A stretch of DNA of 58,895 bases, filler included. It is 7 parts of 7 records of this genome, joined end to end, with 100 filler letters (N's around TTAATTAATTAA, not from the genome) between each part and the next. Parts side by side here need not be neighbours in the genome. Positions count along the whole stretch, not along the records: positions 9,253 to 22,032 come from DRR723986_6563; positions 22,133 to 35,382 come from DRR723986_6598; 5 more parts are not named here. One strand, given 5' to 3'. The translations under genes were made by a program, and so were the position numbers. The notes beneath the pieces were generated by a model. The model was not told the origin of the DNA and did not search any database. It was given only the letters and a program-made list of their open reading frames with translations. Shown here piece after piece: positions 18,426-28,995 of this stretch (position 1 is its first letter; each line of letters starts with the position of its first letter).

Positions 18426-19976
18426 ATGAAAACCACCCACACGCTTCGGCTGGCCTGCGCCGCCGGGGCCACCCTTCTTGCAACCACGGCCCATGCGGCG
18501 CTGACCGCCGAGGATTGCGCGGCGCTGAGCGGCTTCGCCTATCCGGACCTGCGGATCGAAGCGGCGGAGTTCCTGACCGGCGTCACCGAGCGCGACACCC
18601 CCCTGCCCGACCATTGCCGCGTCGAGGGCTACCTCGAAGAGCGCACCGGCACCGACGGCAAGCAATACGCCACCGGCTTCGAGCTGCGCCTGCCTGCCGC
18701 GTGGAACGACCGGCTGTACTTTCAGGGCGGCGGCGGGGTCGATGGTTCCATCGTTCCGGCGCTGGGAACCAACACCATCGGCCACCCGCCCGCGCTGACG
18801 CTGGGCTTCGCCGTGGTCTCCACCGACGCAGGCCACAACCTCGGCAGCCGCGGCGACACCAGCTTTGGCCTCGAACCCAAGGCGCGCACGGACTGGGGCT
18901 ACAACGCCATCGACATCACCGCGACCGCGGCCAAGGCGCTGCTGCAACAGGCCTACGGGACATGGCCGCGCCATGCCTACTTCGTCGGCAATTCGAACGG
19001 CGGGCGTCAGGGCATGATCTTTGCCATGAAGCACCCCAACCAGTTCGACGGCATCCTGGCGATGAACCCGATCAAGCAGCAGACCCGGGGCCACGTCGCC
19101 GGCGCATGGAGCGTCAAGGTTCTGGCAGACCGCGCGCCGAAGGACGACGCCGGCAAGCCGATCTTCACCCGCTTCCTCGATCAGGCCGACTTCGACCTGC
19201 TGGGTCAGGCGATCACCGCGCAATGCGACGCGCTCGACGGCAAGGAAGACGGCATCGTCGACAGCGCCCGGCTGTGCGAGCCGGATTTCTCGAGCCTCGT
19301 CTGCGCCGAGGGCGCGTCCGAAGGCTGCCTCAAGCAGGAGCAGATCGACGCCTTTACCCTGATCCACGAAGGCCCCTTCGACTCCGAAGGAAACGAGCTT
19401 TACGCCCCCTTCGCCTATGACGCCGGGTCCGATTTCATGGGCTGGCACATCGGCGACGCGACCGAGTTCCCCAACAACGGGCGCAAGGCGCGCAACAGCT
19501 CGATGCATTCCGTCTTCCGCGACCCGCCGCTGGCGGAGTTCGACAAATACGCCTTCGACTTCGACAGCGACCCGGCCTTCATGGACGCGGCCTCGCAGTT
19601 CACCGACGCGACCAGCGCGGACCTCGACGCCTTCAAGGGCGCGGGCGGCAAGCTGATGATGGTGCACGGCATGGGCGACAGCGGCATCTCGGCCATCGAC
19701 ACGACCCGCTGGTTCGAGACGGTGCAGGACCGCTACGGCGCCGAGACGCCCGGTTTCGCCCGGCTCTACCTGCTGACCGGCGTGCAGCATGGCCGCACCG
19801 GGCCGGGGCCGCATGTCTTCGACGGGCTCGACATGCTCATGGCATGGGTCGAAGAGGGCAAGGCGCCAGAGGGCACGGTCTCGGGCGGGGACCCGGCGCG
19901 CGAACGCCCGCTCTGCGCCTATCCGACCTATGTGACGTGGAACGCGGACAGCGAAAGCTGGGGCTGCGCCGAGTGA
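18426..19976 (+). CDS. Secreted tannase/feruloyl-esterase family hydrolase, MHETase-like
   Basis: ATG after GGAGGAG; signal peptide ending AHA; FELRLPAAWNDR, STDAGH, YFVGNSNGGRQG, CDALDGKEDG, HGMGD, RPLCAYP. Confidence 0.9.
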   Translation: MKTTHTLRLACAAGATLLATTAHAALTAEDCAALSGFAYPDLRIEAAEFLTGVTERDTPLPDHCRVEGYLEERTGTDGKQYATGFELRLPAAWNDRLYFQGGGGVDGSIVPALGTNTIGHPPALTLGFAVVSTDAGHNLGSRGDTSFGLEPKARTDWGYNAIDITATAAKALLQQAYGTWPRHAYFVGNSNGGRQGMIFAMKHPNQFDGILAMNPIKQQTRGHVAGAWSVKVLADRAPKDDAGKPIFTRFLDQADFDLLGQAITAQCDALDGKEDGIVDSARLCEPDFSSLVCAEGASEGCLKQEQIDAFTLIHEGPFDSEGNELYAPFAYDAGSDFMGWHIGDATEFPNNGRKARNSSMHSVFRDPPLAEFDKYAFDFDSDPAFMDAASQFTDATSADLDAFKGAGGKLMMVHGMGDSGISAIDTTRWFETVQDRYGAETPGFARLYLLTGVQHGRTGPGPHVFDGLDMLMAWVEEGKAPEGTVSGGDPARERPLCAYPTYVTWNADSESWGCAE

Positions 19977-19978
19977 GG

Positions 19979-19998
19979 GCGGGCCCTTCGGGGCCCGC
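19979..19998 (+). terminator. cUUCGg hairpin after the esterase stop
   Basis: GCGGGCCC-TTCG-GGGCCCGC; a second hairpin AAGGGCCGGAG-N6-CTCCGGCCCTT lies at 20156-20183. Confidence 0.5.
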
Positions 19999-20303
19999 GT
20001 CCCCCGGAGGCGGGCCAGACGCCCGCCTCGCCTGCCCTGCGGAGCCGTGAAACGCCGCTGCCGGCGCGATCGACGGTGCCCCTGCCCGACACCCGACATC
20101 GGGCGGGGCTCGAGGCCCCAGCCTTGAAATCGCCCCGACGACCTCGCGGAATCGAAAGGGCCGGAGCGCGAACTCCGGCCCTTGTCCTGTTCCCAACCCT
20201 CATCACGGCGCGGCCATCGTGGACCACCACAGGGCCGCAGGGCCGCAGGGCCGGCGACAAGGCAATCCCGCGCCGCATGATGCCGGGGCCGCCCGGGGGC
20301 CCG

Positions 20304-22032
20304 TCACCCCGCCGGGATCAGCAGCGCATCGACGCCCACGCAACCCTCGGGCAGGACGATCATCGGGTTGATCTCTGCCCCCTCCAGCGCCGCGCCCTGC
20401 GCCGCCGCGAAGCGCGACAGCCGCGACACCGCCTCTGCCAGCGCGCCGATGTCGGCCTTCGCCGCCCCCCGCGCCCCGTCGAGCAGGGCAAAGCCCTTCA
20501 ACGCGCGGATCATCTCCAGCGCGGCGGCGCGGTCGACCGGCGCGGGGCGCAGGACGGTGTCCTTCAGCACCTCGGTGTGGATGCCACCAAGGCCCACCAT
20601 GACCATCGTCCCGAAGGTCGCGTCGCGGTGCGTGCCAAGGATGCACTGCACCCCGCCGCCCACCATCTGGTTGACCGAGACGCCAAGGATCTCGGCCCCC
20701 GGCGCACCCGCGCGGGCAGAGGCCATGATCGCGGCAAAGCCCTCTCGCACCGCCTCGGCATCCGCGAGGCCCACCTTCACGCCGCCGACCTCGGACTTGT
20801 GCGCGATGTCCGGAGAGCGGACCTTCAGCACCACGGGATAGCCGATCTCTCCGGACAGCCGCACCGCCTCTTCGGCATCCGCCGCGGTGCCGCTGCGGGC
20901 AAAGCGCAGGCCCGCCGCCTCCAGCGCCTCGGCGGATGTGACCTCGTCCGGGCGGTCCGGCAGGGCCACCGGGGCGGGCAGCGGCTCTGCGGCGGAGACG
21001 GGCGCGCGCAATACCGCGCCCAGCCGCGCCGCGCCGGAAAAGGCCATGACGCAGCTTTCCGGGTTCTCGTAAACCAGAAAGCCCGTCGCCTCGAAGGCCT
21101 TGGCATTGGCGGGCGTCGACTGCGTGCAGATGGCGAAGAGAGTCTCGGGGTAGCGGCGGGTCAGCGCGCTCAGCCCCTCGGCCATGGCCTTCGGGTCGCG
21201 GTCGTTCAGCCCCGCGTTGCCCACGAAGAGCATGACCGAGCCATAATCGCGGCTGGCCAGCATCTCTTCGACCGCCGCAAGGAAGAGGCTGCGGTCCCCG
21301 ATCGTGGCCGCCGTGGTGTCGAGCGGGTTCAGCCCGACCGCCAGCGGCAGGCTTTGCCGGATTGTGGCGAAGGCCGCGTCGGACATGGGCGGCAGGTCCA
21401 TGCCGTGATCCACCGCCGCATCCGTGGACATGACGCCGATCCCGCCCGAGACGGTGACGATGGCCATGCTCCGGTCCCTCGGCAGACGGCCCTGCGCGCA
21501 GGTGTAGGTCAGCTCCACCAGCTCCGCGAGCGAGCGGCACAGATGCGCCCCCGCCGCCGTCAGCGCCGCCTCGAAGACCGCAGCAGAGCCCGCCATGGCC
21601 CCGGTGTGGCTGGCCGCGACGTGCTGGCCCGCCTCTGTCCGGCCCGCCTTCAGCACGATCACCGGCTTGCCGTTGGCCCTGGCCACCGCCAGCGCGCGCA
21701 TCAGGCCCGGCCCGTCGCGACAGGTCTCGAGGTAGACAACCAGCACGTCGGTCTCGGGGTCATGCGCCATCCATTCGACGCATTCCGATGCCTCGACATC
21801 CGCCTCGTTGCCGGTGGCCACGAACTTCGAGATGTTCACGCCGCGCGTCAGGATGAGGTTCTGGATGTAGCTGCCGACCGCGCCGCTCTGGCTGACGACG
21901 CCGACGCGCCCGACCTCGGGGATGCCCCGGTCCAGCGCCGAGGAGAAGGTGGCGAAGATCCGGTCGTTGGTGTTGAAGAGGCCCATGGCGTTCGGCCCCA
22001 GCAGGCGCGCGCCGCCCGCGCGGATGCGGTCC
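20304..22032 (-). CDS. NDP-forming acyl-CoA synthetase (acetate-CoA ligase family), 5'-truncated
   Basis: SQSG, TGNEADV, KAGRT...ASHTGAMAG, HKSEVGGV, EINP. Confidence 0.9.
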
Positions 22033-22132
22033 NNNNNNNNNNNNNNNNNNNNNNNNNNNNNNNNNNNNNNNNNNNNTTAATTAATTAANNNNNNNNNNNN
22101 NNNNNNNNNNNNNNNNNNNNNNNNNNNNNNNN
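22033..22132. other. Artificial contig spacer
   Basis: N44-TTAATTAATTAA-N44; base composition and taxon change across it. Confidence 0.99.
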
Positions 22133-23387
22133 CCCGCCACTTGCGGTCCTGCTTTTCACCATGATTCTGAACATGCTGGACACCGCCTTTGGAGATGCCG
22201 ATGTAAGACATGATCAGAACGTGCAACACCAGGTTGGTGATAATGACGAACGCCACACCCAGACCGGCCGCCACAGCCAGATCACGAATAACGTCGATTT
22301 CAATAAACACCAGCGTGAGGAAGCCGACAGCATCAGAAATCAGCGCCAGCATGCCCGGAATGTAAAGAGCCCGGAACGCCAGACGTGCTGAGGTGACGGC
22401 ATCGAAACCTTTGGCCGACTCAACCGCCATGGCATTAACGATCTGAACACCATGACTGATACCGATCGCGAACACCAGAAACGGCACCAGTACCGAGTAT
22501 GGATCCAGGCCATAGCCCAGCAGCCGCAGGGCCCCCAACTGCCAGAACACGGCAATGATTGAGGTAAAGATCGGCACCAGGGTTCCGGCGATGCAGCGGG
22601 AATACCAGAACAGCAGCAGCGTGGTCAGCAGAATGGTAATGCCGGCAAACCAGGCAATGGAGCCGATGCCTTCAATCAGGTCACCGACTTTCTTGGCGAA
22701 ACCAACAATGTGAATATTGACGTTCGGATTCTGTGCTTCGTACTTCTCCCGGATCTTCTCTTCCAGCTCACGGGAGAATGCTGCGTAATCCAGAGCCTCG
22801 CCGGTTTCCGGATTTTTCTCATACAGTGGCGCATACACAATCGTGGATTTGAAGTTGTCTGATATCAGACGACCCACCTCGTTCGAACGCAATACGTTCT
22901 GGCGCAGTTGCTCCAGACTCTCCCGGGAGCCATCGTAGCCATCCGGAATCACAGTACCGCCCTGGAAGCCTTGCTCGGTAACCTCTACCCAGCGAACGTT
23001 CGATGTCCACAAGGTTTTCAGGCCGGAACGGTCCACCCCATTCAAATAGAACACCTCATCGGTGATCTGCTTGAGGGTTTCCATGTATTCGGCAGTAAAG
23101 ATGTCGCCTTCTTCCACGGCAACCGCAATCCGAACGAAGTTACCCAGGTTGTCCAGGTCATCCCGGTGATCCAGCATATTGACGACGTACGGATGCTCCA
23201 GCGGAATCATCCGCTCAAAACTGGCATCCGGCTGGATCTTGATAGCGTTGTAGCCAAGAAACAGCGTCAGCACAAAAAAGGCGATCAGGATCAGCGCCCG
23301 GTTGTTGAAAAGTAAACGCTCAAGGAACGGTTCCGCCTTGGGCGTTGTCAGGTAATGTTCACCCCTGTCATGCATCGGGTCAGACAT
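22133..23387 (-). CDS. MMPL/RND-family transporter, 3'-truncated
   Basis: DASFERMIP, VGFAKKVGDL, PFLVFAIGISHGVQ; multiple TM segments. Confidence 0.88.
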
Positions 23388-23433
23388 TAAAAAACCCCTC
23401 TATCCATTAATCCGTTGATGCCACACCAGGGCG

Positions 23434-24582
23434 TTAATTCAGGTTCCGGCCGCGAGCGTCGGTAATCTCAACACCGCCTTCGCCGACCAGCAATAGATTG
23501 GTTCCCGGCAATGGAACCACACCCATGACACCTTCCCGGTCATTGCGGAAGTAGGGGCGGAAGCTTTCACCATTGTTGGTGCTCATCAGCACTGCGCCGC
23601 CATTTCCCACCAGGGTAATGCGTCCATCCTCGGCCACCGCCGCGTTATTCAGGGTGGCGCCGCCCTCATTGGGCACCATGGTCCAGCTGCGGCCAAGATC
23701 GGTCGACAGCAGAGTGTTGCCCCGCAAGCCGAACGCCAGCACCTCGTTCACCCGCCCGGTTCCGGTGACGCCAAAGAGGGAGCCATCGTATGGGCTTTCC
23801 CGCTTCTCCCAAGATTCTCCGCCGTCAACAGATACGTGAATCTGACCAGCTTCACCGACCACCACCAGCGCGCCACCGGCTACCTCGGTAATGCTGTTGT
23901 AGTGGAAGTTGGTTGGGTTATCGAGTTTCGGCGCCCAGTCTTCCCAGGTCTGCCCACCATCCTGGGTTCGCAGAATCATGCCATAGGCACCCACCACAAA
24001 ACCGTGGTTCTCGTCTTCGAACCAGACATCAAGGAACGGGTTAACCGGCCCGATTTCCATATCTGCCTGGGTGTTTTCGAGGGCGAAGAACAGATCGTCA
24101 AGCGCCCACTCCAGGTCAGCCTTCTCTTCTTCCGGAGCCTGTTCAATGCGCTCTTCCAGCTCAGCAATCTGGTCTTCCTTGCTGGCAATCACGAGCTCGG
24201 CGGCCTGAATACCATCGAGCTGCAGCTCCCAGGTCTCCCCGGAATCGCTGGAATGCAGCACAACACCGCTGTGGCCAACCACCCAGCCATGCTGCTCGGT
24301 GCCAAAATCAACGGCGGTCAAGGTGACCGCCACCGGCACTTCGGCCTGCGTCCACGACTGGCCCTGATCGTCGGAATAGATTACGTGCCCACGCTCACCC
24401 ACTGACACGATTCGATCGCCTGCGCGGGTTGCGTCGGTCAGTAGTGACTGGGGAGCCAGTTCTGTTGGCCTCGCCGGTGTCTCGATAATATCCGCGAGTG
24501 CAAATGCCGCTGGAGCTGCCAGTGCCATAGAGAGGCCAAGGCAGGCAGTTCCCAGTGTCTCGCACATGAACCTTTTAGCCAT
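23434..24582 (-). CDS. YCF48-like / BNR-repeat beta-propeller protein
   Basis: Signal peptide; repeated SxDxGxxW Asp-boxes; VGERGH. Confidence 0.88.
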   Translation of the reverse strand: MAKRFMCETLGTACLGLSMALAAPAAFALADIIETPARPTELAPQSLLTDATRAGDRIVSVGERGHVIYSDDQGQSWTQAEVPVAVTLTAVDFGTEQHGWVVGHSGVVLHSSDSGETWELQLDGIQAAELVIASKEDQIAELEERIEQAPEEEKADLEWALDDLFFALENTQADMEIGPVNPFLDVWFEDENHGFVVGAYGMILRTQDGGQTWEDWAPKLDNPTNFHYNSITEVAGGALVVVGEAGQIHVSVDGGESWEKRESPYDGSLFGVTGTGRVNEVLAFGLRGNTLLSTDLGRSWTMVPNEGGATLNNAAVAEDGRITLVGNGGAVLMSTNNGESFRPYFRNDREGVMGVVPLPGTNLLLVGEGGVEITDARGRNLN

Positions 24583-24727
24583 TCAGATTGCCTTTACGTT
24601 GGTTAAATCCTGATGCGCCTGCTGCACGACTGGCAGCAGCCTTCGCAAACAAACCGGCAGCCCCCTGGGCCGCCGGTCGACATCCTGCTTGTGGCCTCAG
24701 GCGCCGGATCAAACCGGCGCCGAAGCC

Positions 24728-26116
24728 TCAGCGTACGCTTCGCCTGCGCAAAGAAGCTGGCGAGAAGTACCGTGTGTTTGGTACATCATTGGTAAATACA
24801 CGGGTATTCGGCTCTTCGGTATCCAGACCCAACACGTGATATCGACGGGCCTGGAGATCGTGATACACATCAAGCACCGTCCAAACCCCCGGCAACTCGT
24901 AGTAGTTCTTGGGAATACCCATGGTCACACGCCAGAGATTGCCGCGACCGTCATACTGGTCGAGCAATACGGTGTTCCAGCTGTCTTCATCCACATAGAA
25001 GCGACGCTTACCATAGATGTGACGCTCACCATCCTTGAGGGTCGCTTCGACCACGTGCACGCGGTGCAGCTCCCAGCGGGTCAGATCAGGATTGAGGTGG
25101 GACATACCCAGAATTTCAGAGTAAGGCGTACCCTTCTCACCGATCCGGTAATTGTTGTAGGGAATGTAGATTTCCCGAACACCTTCGTAATCCCAGTTAT
25201 AGCGATCCATGGCACCGTTGAAGATATCGGTGTCATCAGCGGTACGCAGGTTATCAGAGGCCGCAATCGGTGAGTCGTAGCCCAGGTTCGGAGCACGGCG
25301 GACACGACGTTGACCAGCGTTATAGCCCCAGCCATTGCGCGGATTGATGATCTGGTTCAGGGTTTCGTGAATCAGAATGGCGCCACCGGCAAGACGAGGT
25401 GGCGACTGAGTGAACGAGAGATAGTAGAAGATCACGTTGTCCAGATCTTCTTCACCACCCTCAGGGTTGTAGAAGTTGAAGAACGCTTCCTGCTGAGAGG
25501 TCACCAGGCTGTAGTCGCCGTTGGTCTGAACCGCCACCTCACTGGAGCGCCGGGTGACAGACACACCGCGCCAACGGGTCAGGTGGTTCCAGATTACCTG
25601 CCAGGCCTTTTCTTCGTCATTGCCGTGAAGAATCGGGAAAGGATAGCCACCAAAAGCACCCTCAATACCCTCTGCCTCACCCACAATCTCGGCATTCACC
25701 GCGTTCTTACGGGTGTTTTCAGCCACCCATTCGGGCACCGCGTGGGTGCGCCGGGACTGATACACGGGTATGCGGAAGGTAGTCGGGTAGGTTTCCAGCA
25801 TCGCCCGGACGCCATCGGTCAGATACTCGCTGTACTGATCCATGTTGGAGGCTGTAATGGTAAACAGCACTTCGTCGTCGGGGAATGGATTGATATGGTG
25901 CTGCCCGCTGCCCTCGTAGCCAGCCGGCGGCTCCGTCAGGCCGCCATCCCACGCCGGAATGGTGCCGGCATCGTTACCGGCCTTGGGTGAACCGAACGGG
26001 GTGAGATCCTGGCCAAGGCGCGCTGCCTCGGATGAAGACACTGCCGCCTGAAGTGGCGAAGCAGCAAAGGACAGAGCCAGCAACCCGCCAAACAAAACGT
26101 TTTTGTTGTATCTCAT
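24728..26116 (-). CDS. DUF1329 family periplasmic protein
   Basis: LTPFG..KAGN..GTIPAWDGG, YNAGQRRVRRAP, RWELHRV, YVDEDSW. Confidence 0.88.
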   Translation of the reverse strand: MRYNKNVLFGGLLALSFAASPLQAAVSSSEAARLGQDLTPFGSPKAGNDAGTIPAWDGGLTEPPAGYEGSGQHHINPFPDDEVLFTITASNMDQYSEYLTDGVRAMLETYPTTFRIPVYQSRRTHAVPEWVAENTRKNAVNAEIVGEAEGIEGAFGGYPFPILHGNDEEKAWQVIWNHLTRWRGVSVTRRSSEVAVQTNGDYSLVTSQQEAFFNFYNPEGGEEDLDNVIFYYLSFTQSPPRLAGGAILIHETLNQIINPRNGWGYNAGQRRVRRAPNLGYDSPIAASDNLRTADDTDIFNGAMDRYNWDYEGVREIYIPYNNYRIGEKGTPYSEILGMSHLNPDLTRWELHRVHVVEATLKDGERHIYGKRRFYVDEDSWNTVLLDQYDGRGNLWRVTMGIPKNYYELPGVWTVLDVYHDLQARRYHVLGLDTEEPNTRVFTNDVPNTRYFSPASLRRRSVR

Positions 26117-26321
26117 TGTGCAACCTTAAATCCGTCTGGAAGCCTCTGTGGGCCTTTTTGTTATCGTCTGATGCAATCGCAGACTTTCTGACAGATTAGC
26201 CGATCCGGCAACATTGTCTATCGACCGAAAGTGCGATTTTGTATCCGGCTGTGACGACGGCTTTACAATCACAGCCAGACAAAGGGCCCCACGGCATCAG
26301 TCGCGGGGCCAGGCTCCGGCG

Positions 26322-28964
26322 TCAGTCTGCCAGGCTCTTGTGTACTACTTCATACACGTCTCTGGACAACTCGGCTTTATCGCGAATCCGCTCCAGTGCC
26401 GATTTCATCTGTTTGCTATACCCGGGAGCGAACTTCCGCCAACGGGTCAGCGGTGCCACCAGTCGCGCCGCAATCTGGGGATTGCTGTCATCCAGTCGGC
26501 ATACCTGCTCGGCAAGGAATTCATACCCGCTGCCGTCAGGATTGTGGAATGCCGCCAGGTTCTGGGCCGCAAAGGCACCCACGACAGAGCGCACCTTGTT
26601 CGGATTCTTCCAGTCAAACGCCGGGTGATCGAGCAACTGCCGTATCTGCGGCAGCTGACCTGCACGATCGCTGGAAGCCTGCACCGAGAACCACAACTCT
26701 ACCACTTGCGGGTCGTCGCTGAATCGCTTGTAAAAGGCTTCCAGGGCCTGTGTTCGATCTTCCGCGAAATCAGAATTCACCAACGCTCGCAGTGCGCCGA
26801 GCCGGTCAGTCATGTTATCAGCACCCCGGAACTGCTCTTTGGCCAGCGCCAGCGCTTCCTGATCACCAATATGCAGCAACCAGCCCAGCGCGGTGTTACG
26901 GAGACTGCGGCGGGCAATGGCCTCGGGCGTCAGCTGGTAATCGCCCTGCCCGGCGTTACGCTGATAACAGGCCATGAGTTCATCCCGCAGGCCTTCAGCC
27001 AAATAACCAAGCACCTTTTCACGGGCCTGGTGAATGGCAGCAACATCAGCCTGCTCCGCCAGCTCAATGAGATAGGCCTCGGAAGGCAACTGCAGCATCT
27101 TTGCCATCAGAGCCTGATCCAGCTCGCTGTCCTGCAGCAACGACCGATAGGCATCCACCAGGCGCGGCTCCACCTCGGCAGACTCAAACTCTCCCACCAG
27201 AGACTGAATCACATCCACGGCCAGACGCTGGCCTGCGTCCCAGCGGTTAAAACCGTCCGGATCATGGCTCATCAGGAACAGTAGTTGTTCCCGCGTCCAG
27301 GGGTAGTGCACCCGCACGGGGGCAGAAAAATCTCTCAGCAGAGAAGGTATCGGGCACTCTGACAGGCCCTCAAACTCAAAGCACTGTTCCGCCTGACTCA
27401 GCTCCAGCACCCGCTCCAGAGGCGCTTCGCCACTCTCACCACTCAGGTGCAAGGGCAGAGGCTGGCCGTCAGCGCCCAGAAGCCCGAGCGCAAACGGAAT
27501 ATGCTGCGGCTTCTTGTCGGTCTGGCCCGGCGTGTCAGGAATACTCTGGCGCACGGTAAGCCGATAGACACCGCGCGACTCGTCGTACTCATCAGACACC
27601 GAAACCACCGGCGTGCCGGCCTGCTCATACCATAGCCGGAACTGGCCCAGGTCCCGCCCGGACGCGTATTCCATAGCGCGAACAAAATCATCGGTGGTGA
27701 CCGCCTGCCCGTCATGGCGCTGGAAGTACAGATCGCTGCCCTTACGGAACATCTCGTCACCAAGGAGGTTGTGGATCATCCGAACCACTTCGGCACCCTT
27801 TTCGTAGATGGTCAGGGTATAGAAGTTGGAGATTTCCATGTAAGACGCCGGGCGCACCGGGTGGGCCATGGGGCCGGCATCCTCGGCAAACTGTGCTGTG
27901 CGCAACAGGGTGGCATCCTCTATTCGTTTCACAGTCGGCGATCCCATATCGGCAGAGAACTGGGAATCCCGGAACACCGTAAAACCCTCTTTCAGGCTCA
28001 GCTGAAACCAGTCGCGGCAGGTTACCCGGTTGCCGGACCAGTTATGGAAGTATTCGTGGGCGACGATGGCCTCGATGCGCTGGAAGGCGGCGTCCGTAGC
28101 AGTCTCCTGACTGGCCAGGACACAGGAAGAGTTGAAAATATTCAGCCCTTTGTTCTCCATGGCGCCCATATTGAAGTCGTCCACCGCCACGATCATGAAG
28201 ATATCCAGGTCATACTCCCGCCCATAGACCTCTTCGTCCCAGCGCATGGAACGCTTGAGGGCATCCATGGCGAAATCACACTTCTTCGCGTTGCGGGGCT
28301 CGACATACATGCGCAGATCAATGTTGCGGCCGGAACAGGTGGTGAAGGTGTCTTTTTTCTCCACCAGGTCTCCGGCTACCAGGGCAAAGAGGTAAGCCGG
28401 CTTGGGGAACGGATCTTCCCAGGTGACAAAATGGCGACCATTTTCCAGCTCGCCCTTATCCACCGGGTTACCATTGGAGAGCAGCACGGGATAGGCGCTT
28501 TTGTCTGCCTCGATACGGGTACGGAAGCGCGCCATGACATCCGGCCGGTCCGGATAGAAGGTAATGCAGCGAAATCCTTCCGCCTCGCACTGAGTGCAGA
28601 ACATACCGGAGGACTTGTACAAACCTTCCAGCCGGGTGTTGTTCTGAGGTTCGATCCAGGTGACTACCTGCAGCTCGAATTCTTCCGGCACCGAGGGCAC
28701 GACCAGCGCATCGCCACGGTCTTCGAACTCACCAGTGCCCAGAGGCGAGCCATTCAGGGAAACCGATTCCAGTTGCAGACTATCACCGTGCAGAAACAGA
28801 GGGGCAGCGCTCTCCGCGGAATCCGGGTTGCGGCGCACAGTCAGGGTACTGTGCACACGTGCGCCGTCTTCAAATAATTCAAAACGCAGATCCACCTGAT
28901 CAACCAGATACGCAGGAACCTTGTATTCACTCAGGTAAATGGTTTGTGGCTGGTTGGTTCGCAT
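26322..28964 (-). CDS. pepN: Aminopeptidase N (M1)
   Basis: GAMENKGLN, HEYFHNWSGNRVTCRDWFQLSLKEG, NPNKVR, NPQIAARL. Confidence 0.97.
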   Translation of the reverse strand: MRTNQPQTIYLSEYKVPAYLVDQVDLRFELFEDGARVHSTLTVRRNPDSAESAAPLFLHGDSLQLESVSLNGSPLGTGEFEDRGDALVVPSVPEEFELQVVTWIEPQNNTRLEGLYKSSGMFCTQCEAEGFRCITFYPDRPDVMARFRTRIEADKSAYPVLLSNGNPVDKGELENGRHFVTWEDPFPKPAYLFALVAGDLVEKKDTFTTCSGRNIDLRMYVEPRNAKKCDFAMDALKRSMRWDEEVYGREYDLDIFMIVAVDDFNMGAMENKGLNIFNSSCVLASQETATDAAFQRIEAIVAHEYFHNWSGNRVTCRDWFQLSLKEGFTVFRDSQFSADMGSPTVKRIEDATLLRTAQFAEDAGPMAHPVRPASYMEISNFYTLTIYEKGAEVVRMIHNLLGDEMFRKGSDLYFQRHDGQAVTTDDFVRAMEYASGRDLGQFRLWYEQAGTPVVSVSDEYDESRGVYRLTVRQSIPDTPGQTDKKPQHIPFALGLLGADGQPLPLHLSGESGEAPLERVLELSQAEQCFEFEGLSECPIPSLLRDFSAPVRVHYPWTREQLLFLMSHDPDGFNRWDAGQRLAVDVIQSLVGEFESAEVEPRLVDAYRSLLQDSELDQALMAKMLQLPSEAYLIELAEQADVAAIHQAREKVLGYLAEGLRDELMACYQRNAGQGDYQLTPEAIARRSLRNTALGWLLHIGDQEALALAKEQFRGADNMTDRLGALRALVNSDFAEDRTQALEAFYKRFSDDPQVVELWFSVQASSDRAGQLPQIRQLLDHPAFDWKNPNKVRSVVGAFAAQNLAAFHNPDGSGYEFLAEQVCRLDDSNPQIAARLVAPLTRWRKFAPGYSKQMKSALERIRDKAELSRDVYEVVHKSLAD

Positions 28965-28995
28965 TCATACTCTCCAGAGAAAAGACATGGCGGAT

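Noticed and set aside
13015-19976. Calling the cluster a PET/terephthalate degradation locus
   Set aside because: No PETase, terephthalate dioxygenase or protocatechuate genes on the contig; the MHETase similarity is by eye and does not fix the substrate
23434-24582. YCF48 as evidence of photosynthesis
   Set aside because: Generic BNR beta-propeller in a transport operon of a heterotroph
24583-24727. GC hairpins (e.g. GGCGCCGG-N6-CCGGCGCC) as REP elements or a riboswitch
   Set aside because: No second copy found in the window and no aptamer motif; likely intra-operon stability hairpins
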